Shown: in pieces, positions 28,721-42,673 of the stretch
How the letters are laid out: each line of letters opens with the position of its first letter
How positions within the stretch are numbered: the first letter of the stretch is position 1
Assembly: GCA_951406725.2 (NCBI GenBank)
Contig: OX597816.1
Coordinates: 124,558,001-124,622,000 of the forward strand
Source: Octopus vulgaris
Taxonomy: Eukaryota
Direction: 5' to 3'
DNA: 64,000 nucleotides
The notes under the pieces: generated by a model
Seen by the model: the letters and a program-made list of their open reading frames with translations, nothing else
What the model was told of the DNA's origin: nothing
Databases searched by the model: none
Program-made: the position numbers and the translations under genes

Positions 28721-31209
28721 TGGACGCATTCTTACCATCCATGATCATTTCATCTTTTTTTTTATTCCAAACACATTGTACTTAACACTATATTTTCTAG
28801 TATTTACTACATTTTCTCAGTTATTAGCGTGTGATTTGAAAAAGATTTTGTTGCAAATTATCACAGGTCGTTTGCGTACGGAATTCTCTTCTCAGTGACA
28901 GTTATCGATACTGACGTAATTTCTGTTTCTGTTACTACAGGTAACGGTGTTGTGTTCTCACTGTCTCAAGTGGATGATATTACCAAAAAAGCTTTCGCAC
29001 TATTATTTTCATCCATGACGACTACGTTCGATCGCAATATGCTTTTGAGAGTCATTTCATTATGAAAAATATGTTTTCTCTGCATAAAATACGGATAGGC
29101 ATATAACGCAATACACATATAGAAAAATTATCTGCGAACGCCTGTGCAAAATATATACCAATAGCATTTGAAATACAACCTGAATTTTAATACTACATGT
29201 AAAGAAAATTCTGCAATCCAATATCTCTACAAGATATATCAAGGTTATATAGTGTTGCATGAGCTATATGCTATGAAGTGATCATTGTACGCAACAAAAA
29301 TGTGTCTTGATATTTTTATTTCTTGAAATATGCATAGCTTTCATTATGAGTTCGCTTGTAAGATTTGCTTAATATGCTAATAGTGAGATGAACGTTAGCT
29401 ATAAATTATTATGTCAAATAGAAGGCGCTTCCTAAGGGCGTAAAGGATCTGATTAACATGAATTCCATAAAAGTTGACAAAGAAATGGCAACGTCTAATG
29501 AGATACTCATAATGATAATACTACGAACTTTGGCTTAAGCATTTTCCACAGAAATATATAGCATGACTGAAAGTTAATTTCTTATTTCCTCTAAAATAAA
29601 ATGTTTTTCAAACAGTCAATTAGAGGATGTTAAACAGAAAGGAAACATGTTTTCAATGAAAACTATCGTGACGTCGAAAGGCACTAGAAATTCGGACGTC
29701 ACTATTAGTAAGTCTTAAATGAGTGTCCTGTCTAACAGTTGACCCCAATAGATCCAGTTACCAGATATATTATATTCTCACTTTTTTTCTTGACTCATTA
29801 GCAGTTCTTTCTTTATTCAAAGGAAACGATTATGAAGAATTCATATATCACTGGAAACAAGTACTTGAACTATAAATAGTTAAGTAAATCTGGATTATTG
29901 AGTTTGCCACAAAGTACAAAATGTTTACATTGTTAACGTTATATAGATGTTATAATATATGGTATATCAGACCAATATGATACGGATAATGTATGCATTC
30001 AGTTAAAATCTACCTACTGCTAAGACATTCCGTTCACAAACTGCCAAAGCTACATTTTCAGCACACACACGTTACACAAAAATCTTTCTTTCTTTACCAC
30101 CTTCGCTTTGTTCAACATCACTCTACATAACATAAAAAAAATTAGATTATTCCATCTATATGCACACATTTTTTAAAACAATAACCGGAAAATCAATGAG
30201 CAATGGAGACCAAATTCACATTTCATACGCATTAATCAGGTGATACTAATAAGTCAGACATGACCTGTGCGTCTATATGTCAAAATGTATCTAAGGTATC
30301 TGGGACTGCGTTATAGTGTTTTAACACAAGTGAATTAGAATATTTTCTTGCAAACGGCATTTTAATATCGCTAGACATCCATTATGGCTTGATTATAGTA
30401 TTTTGTATAGAAACTGTAAGAGTAACAACAAGAACATCCCAATCTCTCAGTAAGGTAGTATACGCACGCACACACGCTTGCACGCAAACATACAGATGCA
30501 CATGCATATATAATTTTTTTATGCATTCATTATCAGTAACATCATCGTAAAATACTAGATGAAAAATAACATGATAATTATGCGCATTTATGGTACATTC
30601 GTGAACAACTATAAATTGGATATAGCAAAGCAGAACATATTCTAAGTATTAGCAGGCTGCAAATAATAATATTACCGTCACTTGCTGTTCGTTGGCAAAA
30701 AGGTTTCGTTGCGTGTTTTAGTCTAAAGAAAGAGTGTGTTTGTGTGAGAACATTTCTATGTTTATGTTATTTTTATGCTGCAAATATGCATGGTAATGTT
30801 CAAATGTGCAAATGAATAGAAAATATCAAGCATGCATTAAATTGGCAAACATACAGATACATAAATCAGATAATGCCTTGTTCATAAACACACATGTACA
30901 CACACACGCGCAGACAAGAGCGCACATACACTCAGGCGCACAATTATAAATATTTATGAATGTTCATGCGCGCGCGCGCGTGGTAGGTACGTGGTAGGGC
31001 TGTTAAAGATATTTGATTGTGAATTAGTGAGTTCCATTCCGGTGTCGGGTTATATGCTGTGTCTTTAAAGAAAGGTACACTTTTTGGAGCTTCACTCATA
31101 TTAGATAAGAATCAGTAACAACCGGGAGTTCAAACTGTGATGTACTAGAGTTACTTCCCGGAAATTGTAACGAGTCCCGACCTAATGAGCCTGTAGGCTT
31201 GAGACACCC

Positions 31210-31410
31210 TTTATGGGAAAGTTTACGAAAATAAACAAAAGACGAAGACAGGGGTGTACAAAACAAACAGATGTATTAGTATAGCGCTCAGGAATAGAAA
31301 AAGTATTTTACGTTTCGAGCCTACGCTCTTCTACAGAAAGGTACACAGAAAAACAAGGAGAGAAACATGGAGAGAAAAAATGTATGTAGTGGCTAACGAT
31401 CTATCATGGC
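31210..31410 (-). mobile_element. Short HHR-bearing PLE-like repeat; hammerhead variant at about 31305-31340
   Basis: Collinear with 37711-37900; minus strand cttt-CTGTAGA-a-GAGC-gtag-GCTC-GAAAC-GTA-aaat. Confidence 0.7.
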
Positions 31411-31599
31411 ATGCATACTGTAAAGTTTAAGAAGTTTTCCACGTTGTGAATTGTAGTAAATAACATAAAAATGAATGGAAATACACAGAAACCTTATGCT
31501 GAAAACATTCGTGCGCGCATGTGTAATATATTTACATACTCGACCGATTTCGCTCATGATAGTCACAACTGGTATTTATTTTTTATCTAGGGAAACGGA

Positions 31600-31702
31600 T
31601 TTGTTCTTTATTCAGTGTTGTTCGCCGTCTGTGAGGCATTCTTGTTTGCCCTATATAATCATGTCCACATCCTGAACAAGTTATGACATACAGTTTTGAA
31701 TC
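31600..31702 (-). pseudogene. Penelope-like element GIY-YIG endonuclease fragment
   Basis: Minus-strand translation DSKLYVITCSGCGHDYIGQTRMPHRRRTTLNKEQ fits the Y.I.C..C...YIGQT...R...H signature. Confidence 0.85.
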
Positions 31703-32718
31703 TTTATCCTTATTTAAAATGGAATTCCAAACCTTCTAGTAGGTTGGGACTTGTTCCACAATTCGGATACCCGCAATTCTCAACTCTTGGTTATTGTTGG
31801 GTATAATTAGGCACCTGTCAGTGTTCTCTTTAGTGATCTTGGCTGCATTTGTACTTTTAATGAATATGTGTGCGCAGAGGATTTGATTCATCTTAGTGTT
31901 CCTTGAGGGCATAGGTCGTATAAATCTAGCTTCAATACCGGACGTAATGAGGAATATAACACTATTATTCAAAGTTAAACAATATATAAACAAATACTAC
32001 TAAACTTACACTTAAAGAATTGTGCGTGGAATGTCGAACCAAATTTCAAAATATTTTCTATATACCAATTCAATAGAAAAATTTCTGTACAAGTTACGAA
32101 TAAAGATTTATTGAAAATATCAACTGCACCTGTCTATGAACATATCACCAGTCTTGGACTACCTAAATAGTATGGTTCATGACTACATATCTTTTTTCAG
32201 GTACATGTAATCAGTTACCGTTCCCAAATTGGGGGTAATTACCTTCCCTTATTCTAATAATAACAATCACTGATTATTCCACACCTAAAATATATTTACG
32301 TTCCGATTCGTGTATAAAATATCTGCGTTCCTACAAGCATGGGATGAAAACTCATGATATCATGAAGTTATAACATTATCACAACCTAAGTTGCTAAGGT
32401 GGTAGCAACTTGTATACTCAACCTCAAATCCCAAAACATTGTTTACTCTATCCCGGTCCATAGTAAGTGACAAATTGTGTTTAAGTGAATCGCTAACCCT
32501 CCTTTGCAACCGCAACTCGTTATTACTTAATAGATTCTCAGATGTAATGCTCTCTTGTAAACACAGGTTCTAATCTTCATTTGACTATTTTATTAAATGT
32601 ATGTAATCCCCTAACTATGACTATCTTTAATTACCATTAAACTTAATGTACAACTAGACCGACCTAGCAACTTTCCACCTCCACTAATACCACTCTTTCT
32701 ACTAAACTATTTCTTCTC

Positions 32719-33855
<1,137 letters not shown>

Positions 33856-34138
33856 CACACAGACACATATATATATAGAGAGAGTTTCAATCTGTGGCCA
33901 ATCTGGAGCATCGCCTTGGGAAAATTTAGTCGAAAGAATCGATCCTAGTACTTATAACTTAAACCATATTAATTATTTTATAGGGCCTCTTTTGTCCAAA
34001 CACATTTTTCAAGTGGAGTTGGAGGACAAACAGTTACAAATCCAGACACACCGATACATAAACAATGGCACTACAATATGTGTATGCATGTGTGTGCGTG
34101 TGTGTGAATGTGTGTGTATGTATATATAAATATGTATA

Positions 34139-34190
<52 letters not shown>

Positions 34191-34429
34191 AATACACACG
34201 TATGCTCACATACATAGATATACTTACACACACGCACACATATGTATTGCAGTCGCTATGTAATTTTTATCGCAAAAACAGAACGATATTAAACAAAGTA
34301 AAACAAAAGTCCACATGCATATCTCAACTCAACTCCATTTTGGAAAGAAATAGAAGAGAGAAGAGACGCGTAAAAAAATTTCGCGCATGGGAGAGCAGTT
34401 TTAAGGCAGATAAGCTGAATAATATGTGT

Positions 34430-35770
34430 AAGCTGGTACATATGCATATTTGTAGTTGGTTTCAATCTGTGTGTGTGTGTGCTTCGAGTTATTTATTTGG
34501 GGTTCTGTTGTTGTACGTTTATATATGTATCTGTGTGTGCTCGTTTATGCTTGTTGACGTCTAGCATATTTTTGTGTAATAATATGCAACTGTTGTTGAT
34601 GTACGTGTGTGTGCTGTTGTGCTTTGTGAATGTGTGTCGGGTACCTCTAGGGCTGTGTTTCTGTGGGTGCCGCTGTGTTCTGTGTTCATGATTTCGTCTG
34701 TGAGATTGTGTTGTATAGTCTCATATGTGGATGCACATGTTTGCAGAGAGTGACTGTTTCTACATTGTTTTTTCTCTTCTCATTTTGTTTATGTGTGTTT
34801 ATTGTCTGAATGTGTGTTCACGTTGGCTTTATTGCTTTATGTTTATCATTTGGTTTTGAATGTCTATATGTAAGCGTGCGTGTGTCGCGATTTTATGAAA
34901 AACTGTATGCTTTCACAACGGCTGTATGTAGGTTTTTGCGCATGTCTTAGTGATGTTGTGTGTGCATATATATATTCATATGTGTATTTTCTATGCATAT
35001 ATGAGGTGAATTGTCTGCGTGTTTACATTCGGTGTTTTTATATGCACTACATTTTGAAATTTGAGTTTACACCGCTTACATTGAGCTGTTTGAAGTATGC
35101 CGAATGTGATTAGATACGTGCATGTGTTTGTATTTGAGAATGTGTATTATGCGATGGAAATTTGATTTACAGGGTGAATGCTTGGAGCGTGTGTCTGTGT
35201 ATGTGTGTGTGTGAGTGTTTGTGTGTGTGCGTGCGTGTATGTGAGTAAGTGTGTGTTAGTTGAATAAATAAATGTTTGTGCTCGTAGGTACTTCGTGCTC
35301 GTTTACATATTAATGTGCTGTTGTGCGTGTGTAGTTTGCATGCATGAGGATGTGTGTCATCTTGTAGTGTTGTCTTTGTGTTGTGTGAAAACGTGCGCCT
35401 GTTTATTTGGAGCGTGCGTACAGGAAACTTGAATTTGTGCACATTTTTGTTTTTATGTGCGCATGTGTATACCATCTGAAACTATGTCTGCATCAGTTTT
35501 ATTCTATGTTATGTCATCCCGTTTGGAATGTGTGTGTGTGTGTGTGTGTCTGTTTGAGTGCGTGTTTAATTTAATTTCCTTATCATCTATGGAGCAACGT
35601 TATGACTAGGTGCTTCTCTATGTTTGTAATGTATTTCTGTATTCATCCATGTTGCCAGAGTGTTACTCGTATGTGTCTCTGTGTGCCGTGTGTGTGAGTG
35701 TGTGTGTGTGTGTGCGTGTGTGTGCGATGGGATTAGGGAAAGGTGGTTGCAGTTTTGTGTGTAGGTGTGG
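34430..35770. repeat. Long degenerate TG-rich low-complexity tract
   Basis: Strong T/G skew with scattered (TG)n remnants; no credible ORF. Confidence 0.6.
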
Positions 35771-35820
35771 ATTTATATATATATGTCGTGAGCAAAAACA
35801 TGATTAGGAAACGTTATAAA

Positions 35821-36700
35821 TTAAAAGAGAGAAATTGAGGTCGAGAGACGCAGAAGATTGAAGAGAAATTCTGAATCTTTATTCCCTACGTGTGTACTAG
35901 AATTTCGGGATCCGGTATGTATGGTAGAGGGAATGTGGAGAGATTCTGAATAGAGCGATATATTGAGTGCATATGCTGCAAAATCGGGAGTTAGCCGTAG
36001 ATCGGGTGTCTTCAGGTGTTCTACGAACGTCATACAAACGCTGCACACTTTTAACAATGAAGAGAATGAAAGAGCGACTATTTTAGGGAAGAAGAAGATT
36101 TGACGAGGTGAAAAATGAAGAATTTCGTGATCGATTCGTTCAAGATGCTGCTGCTGTTGATGATGAAGTAGTAGGTGCAGCATCAGGATTGTGACCATAA
36201 AAAGTATTGTGGTATATCCACCAGCAAATATCGTGGTTGGACTCCTCCTGAAAGGAGACAAGAACGGGGTTAGAGAAGAAATAGGATGTGGCAGAGTATG
36301 ATTAGAGTAATCAAAATTAACGTCCGACGGAGTGCTGAAGAGGTAATATTTAGTAAAGATAGGTGAAGGGAATGGGAAGATGGTTCGTGTTGATGAGTAC
36401 GTGGAATAAAGGAATAGAAGTGCGTCATAGGTGAGGCTTTGGGGAGGATGACTTGACTAGGGTGTAATGCATCCGCGTCGATTAAAAATAAAAAGGAGAA
36501 AAAATTATCGAGACTGGGGACCGAAGTCTTGACCACTGTTTCAAAGATGATAGAAACGGAGGAATTCAGAGTAAGAGTTAATGTATTTGTTATCTGCAAT
36601 ATTTCTTCTTCCATTGTGAATTTCACCTTGAGGTTATTAGACAGTTGTATTTCAGCTTATTTAATCTTTTCGTTTCGTTTCGAAGGTGCTTTATAAGAAC
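35821..36700 (-). pseudogene. Possible N-terminal ORF remnant of a Penelope-like or other retroelement
   Basis: Two adjacent out-of-frame ORFs in non-repetitive sequence; LRRTL...CHILFL/.SCL resembles the H..FL..C motif of PLE N-termini; weak. Confidence 0.3.
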
Positions 36701-36974
36701 TTATTTTTTATAGAGAAAGTAGCAAACAAAACATTTGCTGATGCGAGCTGAGGCGTGCTAAGTTGGATTAAATTCAGTATAAGCGCACAAACCAGTAATA
36801 ATGAAAATAATGAGGAATACATTTATTTTTAACACGTTACTGTACACTCAAAATGAGAAAATAATTCATGTCGACTTTGACTGTTGCTAATTATTGACTC
36901 TTTCTTAGATTCGATAACAAGTTGTATAGTTCTTCCGCATGGAAATATGACTGACCACAGATAGAATGTTCCAT

Positions 36975-37140
36975 TCTGTGTTTCCCTCATCAGTGTTACG
37001 GTTTCAAATACCGCTGAGATTAGACATCTCTTTCAAACTTTTGGTGTCGATAGAATAAGTACGAGGAAAATACTGGGATCAATGTAATCGATTAATATCC
37101 TCTTAACCGGTTAGCCTTTTGCGAATATTTTAAACCATTA
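36975..37140 (+). mobile_element. tRNA-derived SINE (family S1), degenerate
   Basis: ttcaaataccgctgag...gtcgatagaataagtac...tgggatcaatgtaatcga. Confidence 0.6.
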
Positions 37141-37655
37141 TTTTTCAGAAATTGCAATTTTATTGGATCCAAGTACTGCTGAGTATTGTTTATGTTATTG
37201 ATATGTGTACTTCGGAGGGTGGCTGTAATTATATATTTGTTTACAATTTTTAAAAGTTATTTTAAGGAACCCATCATAAACAGAATGCTTCTGTTCCCTG
37301 TCCTCACATTTTGATTCAATTTATTTCCAGATATTTATATTTGGAGATTCTCACAATTTCATTTAGGATTATAGAGACGTTTGTTAAAATCGATAGATCG
37401 ATTAATAGACAAATGCTTTCCATGTTGCCCGTTACAAAAAGATCTTGTTGATTGCCTAAATCTTCCTGGTTGTATGAATTTCCGTATCCCACAGTGCGGT
37501 TCCTTTGTTATTCTCCGAAATCTTTTGTAGTGCATGGTTGTACCATTTCCTTTATCTTGGCATTTCAGAATACCGGTATAATCTCAAATATATGAAACTT
37601 ACACACACACATATATATGTATGTATATGTATGTATGCATGTATATGTATATATA

Positions 37656-37909
37656 TAACGGGAAGCTTTATGAAAATAGACAAAAGACGAAGGCAGGTGG
37701 AAAACATATATAACGGGAAGCTTTATGGAAATAAACAAAAGACGAAGGCAGGTGGAATACAAACAAACAATTGTATTAGTATGGCGCTCAGGAATATGAA
37801 TAAAACAAGTCTTTTACGTTTCGAGCCTACGCTCTTCAACAGAAAGATACACAGAAAAGAAACACGGAGAGAAACAAGGAGTGAACAAAAATGCGTGCAG
37901 AAGCTAGCG

Positions 37910-37912
<3 letters not shown>
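37656..37912 (-). mobile_element. Short HHR-bearing PLE-like repeat with 55-bp partial tandem duplication, between microsatellites
   Basis: taacgggaagctttatg..aaata.acaaaagacgaaggcaggtggaa at 37656 and 37711; same family as 31210. Confidence 0.75.
37810..37847 (-). ncRNA. Minimal type-I hammerhead variant (A6U)
   Basis: Minus strand: TCTTT-CTGTTGA-a-GAGC-gtag-GCTC-GAAAC-GTA-AAAGA. Confidence 0.6.
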
Positions 37913-37977
<65 letters not shown>

Positions 37978-38145
37978 GTGTGTGTGTGTGTGTGTACTTA
38001 TGTGTATATATACATATTTATATATTTTTATTACGTATATGTACGAATATAGATGTATATATATGTGTGCGTGGCTTTCTTTTTTAAAGTAAAACTGGGC
38101 AGTTAGATAGATAGACAGAAAATATTGTGATTGATTGGTGATTAG

Positions 38146-39950
38146 CAATCACCGCATATTCTGTGGTTACATCACATAGTCTCCGTTATTATGTGCTTTT
38201 GGTATTTTCTGGTAGAGAGGCTTATTTCTTTGGCCGCAATGAAAAATCTTTCTGTCTACTTCTCAATCATTACAGACTGTTTTCTGCATTCTTTTCTACT
38301 TTGTTCACTTTTTCAATACTCACAGTAAAAGCACTCTCGTAACTCTCGTTTAGCGGTTCCACATGACATTCTGGAGTACCAGTTTGGATTTCTTTTGTAG
38401 TATTCTATCAGTGTGACTTATTCTGGATTTTCTTCAAATTGTAACCGCTGCCTGTGTTTTATATTAACCCGCTTCATTAAAAACAAAGCAATTTCTTGTG
38501 GGTGTTTTCGTTATCTAACGCAGCTAGTAGTTTTAATTTTCTTTGTTTCATTCATTAGTTATTGAAGGAGTATCGCGTTAATTACCTATAACAAGTTTGC
38601 AGGAGTAGACACCAAATTTTCCATCTTCGCGGTTCATGGGGAATATTTTATTTCTTTAAACGGTTGTATTCTAAATGAAGCTGTTACTTCTTTTGTTTTT
38701 CTGTTTGATTTCCTGCATACAGTCGAGAATATATAGCCATAACAATACTACAATGGTTAGTGCATTAATTCATATTAGCGTACATTTGGTATTTACTTCT
38801 TATTTATTAATCTATAATACTTTTTTCTAAAAGGCTTATTTTAATTGTCTACTTCATTCACTTATGAATAATTATATATTTGTTAGGTGATCCACTTTTA
38901 TTTCTGTAGCATATTGGTAGATATTAATTTACCGCTATTGGGAATTGCAATAGTACTAATTTCGTATAAATTCTATCTGTTGTCTTTCCAGTGGCTTATC
39001 ATCTGCTACGTACAACTTGAGGTCTTCCATGTATAGAAGATAATTATCCTACTTTGTCACTGGTATCCAAGTTCAGGCTGGTTAAACACTTTTAAATAAA
39101 TCAGACGAAAAGCGGACAGAAGTTGTCTGAGAATATTCTTTTAGAGAGAAGGGGGTTTGCTTTTATAAATGTCTCTTTTGCTGGTACCTGCAGGCATTTT
39201 TGTCATTTAATCATGTTTGATGTAACTGTATATTATCTATACAATCTTACTCTAGGTTAACATGTACCCTCTCTTCGGGTACAGAATACTGTTAAATATC
39301 TTTTGCTCCTCCGTGGCATGATCACGCACTTCATTTTCCTTGTACAGTCTTCGCTTATGGCTTTGCTGATTACTAACTGATAACCATATGATCCTTTGCA
39401 GTTTCTCTTGCGTTCTTCTGAAAGCGTATTTTGTCTTCAAAGCTAATCATTTATATTCTACGCTATAATTGCAGTGGGTGTAAGATGCGCTGTAAGAATG
39501 TAAGCTATGTTTCTATAATATTGTGTTATATTTTTCTTTCGTTTGTTCGATAACGATGTTATTTTTGTTCTAGTCGATGACTAATGAATTTGTGTATGGT
39601 TCTTTGTGACGTAAATTACATATTTTGCCAGCCTTTTATGTGTGCTTGTTCAATATTTCAACAAGTAGATTGTAACTGTATCATTTTCGATGCCTTTAAG
39701 TTATTCATTTCCATAGTGTATGTGCTAATTATTGAGTCGATAGTGCACCCCTATTTCACCCCTACATTTGTGCGGGTGCTTTAAATAATCTGGACTGTGT
39801 CGACTCTTTCGAAGTTGATGCTTTTCTCAAAATTTCTCCACTTCCCTTTCTGCTTGCACCTATTGATTTTATCTTATTTTATTAATTAGGTTTTCATAAA
39901 ATCATTTTAGGTTGGAACGGATCTGTTTCTCATTTTCAAATAATCGTTTC
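38146..39950 (-). pseudogene. Decayed R4/Dong-type LINE, reverse transcriptase to zinc knuckle (probably extends to about 41760)
   Basis: Minus strand: EERKRNCKGSYGYQLVISKAISEDC (~39345-39420), YLLYMEDLKLY (39011-39042, YMDD motif), FFIAAKEISLSTRKYQK...RICGDC (~38146-38250); A-rich coding strand continues upstream. Confidence 0.8.
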
Positions 39951-42455
39951 CTCTTTACATAACAGCGGATTCTCTGTGAGTTAGTGTTTCAGGTGATTTT
40001 TCATTTCGGTCATTTTTGGTGCTGTTCCTTCTTGTTCGTTTTATATATTTTCCTTATTGACTTTATTAAAGGATGAGCGAACTTTTTTCTTTTTCATTTA
40101 TTGTCTTTTCTATCATTTTATGTTCTATGTTTGCGTGAATTTTTATATTCCTATATACAACATTATGAGGGAGCATACATTTGGTTTTATAACTACCGTG
40201 TTTGTTGCATTTATTAGTTGCTGTTGTTATAGATATTGCTGATGATAATGTTGTTGTTGTTGTTGTTGTTGGGATGACACAAGCCAGCCATGATCGTGTT
40301 GTGCTGTGGCTTAGAGTTAGCAGAAAGGATGAGCTGCAACTTACAGTTCCCTTTTCCAATTTATATATTTCTACATGAGGACAATGCTGATCAACGTGAT
40401 GTATTGTGATGAATGGAGTGCAATATGTCAGTCCTGATTTATATAACACTCGCTACCATTGTCCAATGTATTTATCTTGCTTTTTAATCTTAGATCAGCC
40501 GTAATCAAACAGACCTTTGGTAAAAAATATTCTGTTCATATGTGAAAGTAATTATTGTGGTACTTCTTGTACTTTTTATAGGCTTGTCAATCTGACAGTC
40601 TGTGATTTTTGTTACGATGACACTGAGTACATTTTTGTGAGTAAACGAAGTTTTACCATGGTATATGAGGGATATTTTGTTGGAACTATTCTCTGAATTA
40701 GGGATTCCATTTTTGTGGACAGAATGTAATGATTTGGATATATGTTGCCATTTAGAGGGGGTGATGGTTGGATTAGTGATGTCAAAGTTTAACCCTTCTG
40801 GAGAATATAAAACAGCAAATAGGGAGATGAGTCGTCATTATATAGTTAATTCAGTTTTAGTTTAACTTTGGGATTAGAGTTCCCCCGTTACAGATACAAT
40901 AAGTTTGACAGTGTTGATTCTAGTAATTTTATACATTGGTGAGTGCAGTGATTCTGTCAGAGGACAGGTATTTTAATTGTATGTTTGTGATTTTTCTTAC
41001 CTTAATTTTGGATATTCATTCATACCCAGTGAAAAGAAGGGTTATAAATTACTATATAAATCGGTGGGTTTCTTTCACTTTTGTATTCCTGCTTTTCTAC
41101 TTTTGCATTCCTGTTTTTCTTAAATGGTTTTAGTGACCACTTTTTGAGAAATGTCTCATAAGGTTGTTTGCTTGGTGCGGCTGTGTGGGTATTTTATTTG
41201 AAGTTGTTATTGTGGCATGGAGAGGCGGTGTGAATAATGTTCTTCTTGTTGATATTGCTAATTACTCTATATCGTGTTTTACTGTTTGTTTTGTAGCTTC
41301 TCTTGGATACAAATGTTTTCCAGCATACTGCTTTTCCATTGTTTATTTGCCTTGTGGGATATGATGCGTCTATAATTATTTTGTAGTATTATTGCGGCTG
41401 TAATGTTGGTGCTGGTGATTGCAATGTTGTTGATTTATGAAGACCTTGTTTCTACTTTTCGTTGAACTTGTTTCATTGGGTTTTTATTTTTGAAGTTTGT
41501 AAAAATGTTTTTGTTTTCTTCATTGATGTTTGAATTCATTGATATGATAATTGCTAGGTGGCCGAGGAAAGACGGGGATTTATTTACTAAGTGGTTCTTT
41601 GTAGCTATGTGTGTGGAACGGAATGTGCTGTCTATAGTTAGCTTCGTTAGCGATGTATGTGTGTGCTTTTTAAGATGTAACGGGGTTTTAGTTGTGATGT
41701 TATTTTGTTTAATGTGCACTCTATAAAACCAAGCGATGTTGGGTTTCCTAAAATAATGGTATTTCAAAAAGTGTTAAAGAGTTGTTGGGTGTGTAACCTG
41801 TTATGCTTGGTGTTATAAGATGAACATACATACACAAACAGATGTGCTTGTATGTATGTATATCTCTGTATCTGTATGCATGTGTATGTGTGTATATATG
41901 TGTATGTTTTTGTGTGTGTGTGCGTGCGTGTGTGATATGTGTACGTTTGTGTGAGCATTTGTTGCTATATTATTCGAGATTACTTTGTCCTCAAAAATGT
42001 AATCGTTTATCAAATACAGGATAGTATTTGACAACTATTTGGCCTCAAATTCTTGCAGATTGTGTGACTGTGTAGTACTCTTTTCGTTGACTTATATAAT
42101 TTAGTATAAACTGGAGATAATAACATTAGCATATGCTTTTATTTTCCCAAATATTCCAGATATGTTTCCTATTACTGTTTCTATTTATTGCTAAGTTTTA
42201 TAGTCGGTGCGGTATTTTGTTGGCCAATGGCAGATTTAAGAACTTCATTTTTAAAAATTATTTCTACCTTTTAGACTACTTCCATATTCTCGATTAATTT
42301 CTTTAGAAAGTCATATTCCTTAAATACTTCTTGTAATCCGTTTCATCAAATTTTCATGTAGGATTATCTTTGCTTTCTAATACTATATTGCCAGCATGTA
42401 TTAACGGAACTTGATTTAGTGTAGAATAAGTTGGTGTAGAATAAGAGGTCCATGT

Positions 42456-42673
42456 AATATCCTTTCTACTATAAGCACAAGACCCGAAATTTCGGGTCAG
42501 AGAAAAGTTGATTACATCGACCCCTGTGTTCAAGTGGTACTTATTTAATTGACCCCGAAAGTAGGAAAGACAAAGTCAACCTCGATGGAATTTGAAATCA
42601 CGATGTAAAAACGGACGAAATACCGCTAAACATTTTGCACGGCGTGTTAACGATTCTGCCAGCTCGCCGTCTT
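42456..42673 (-). mobile_element. tRNA-derived SINE (family S1), near full length
   Basis: cctttctactataagcacaag...gattacatcgacccc...ggaatttgaa...gttaacgattctgccagctcgccg. Confidence 0.85.
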
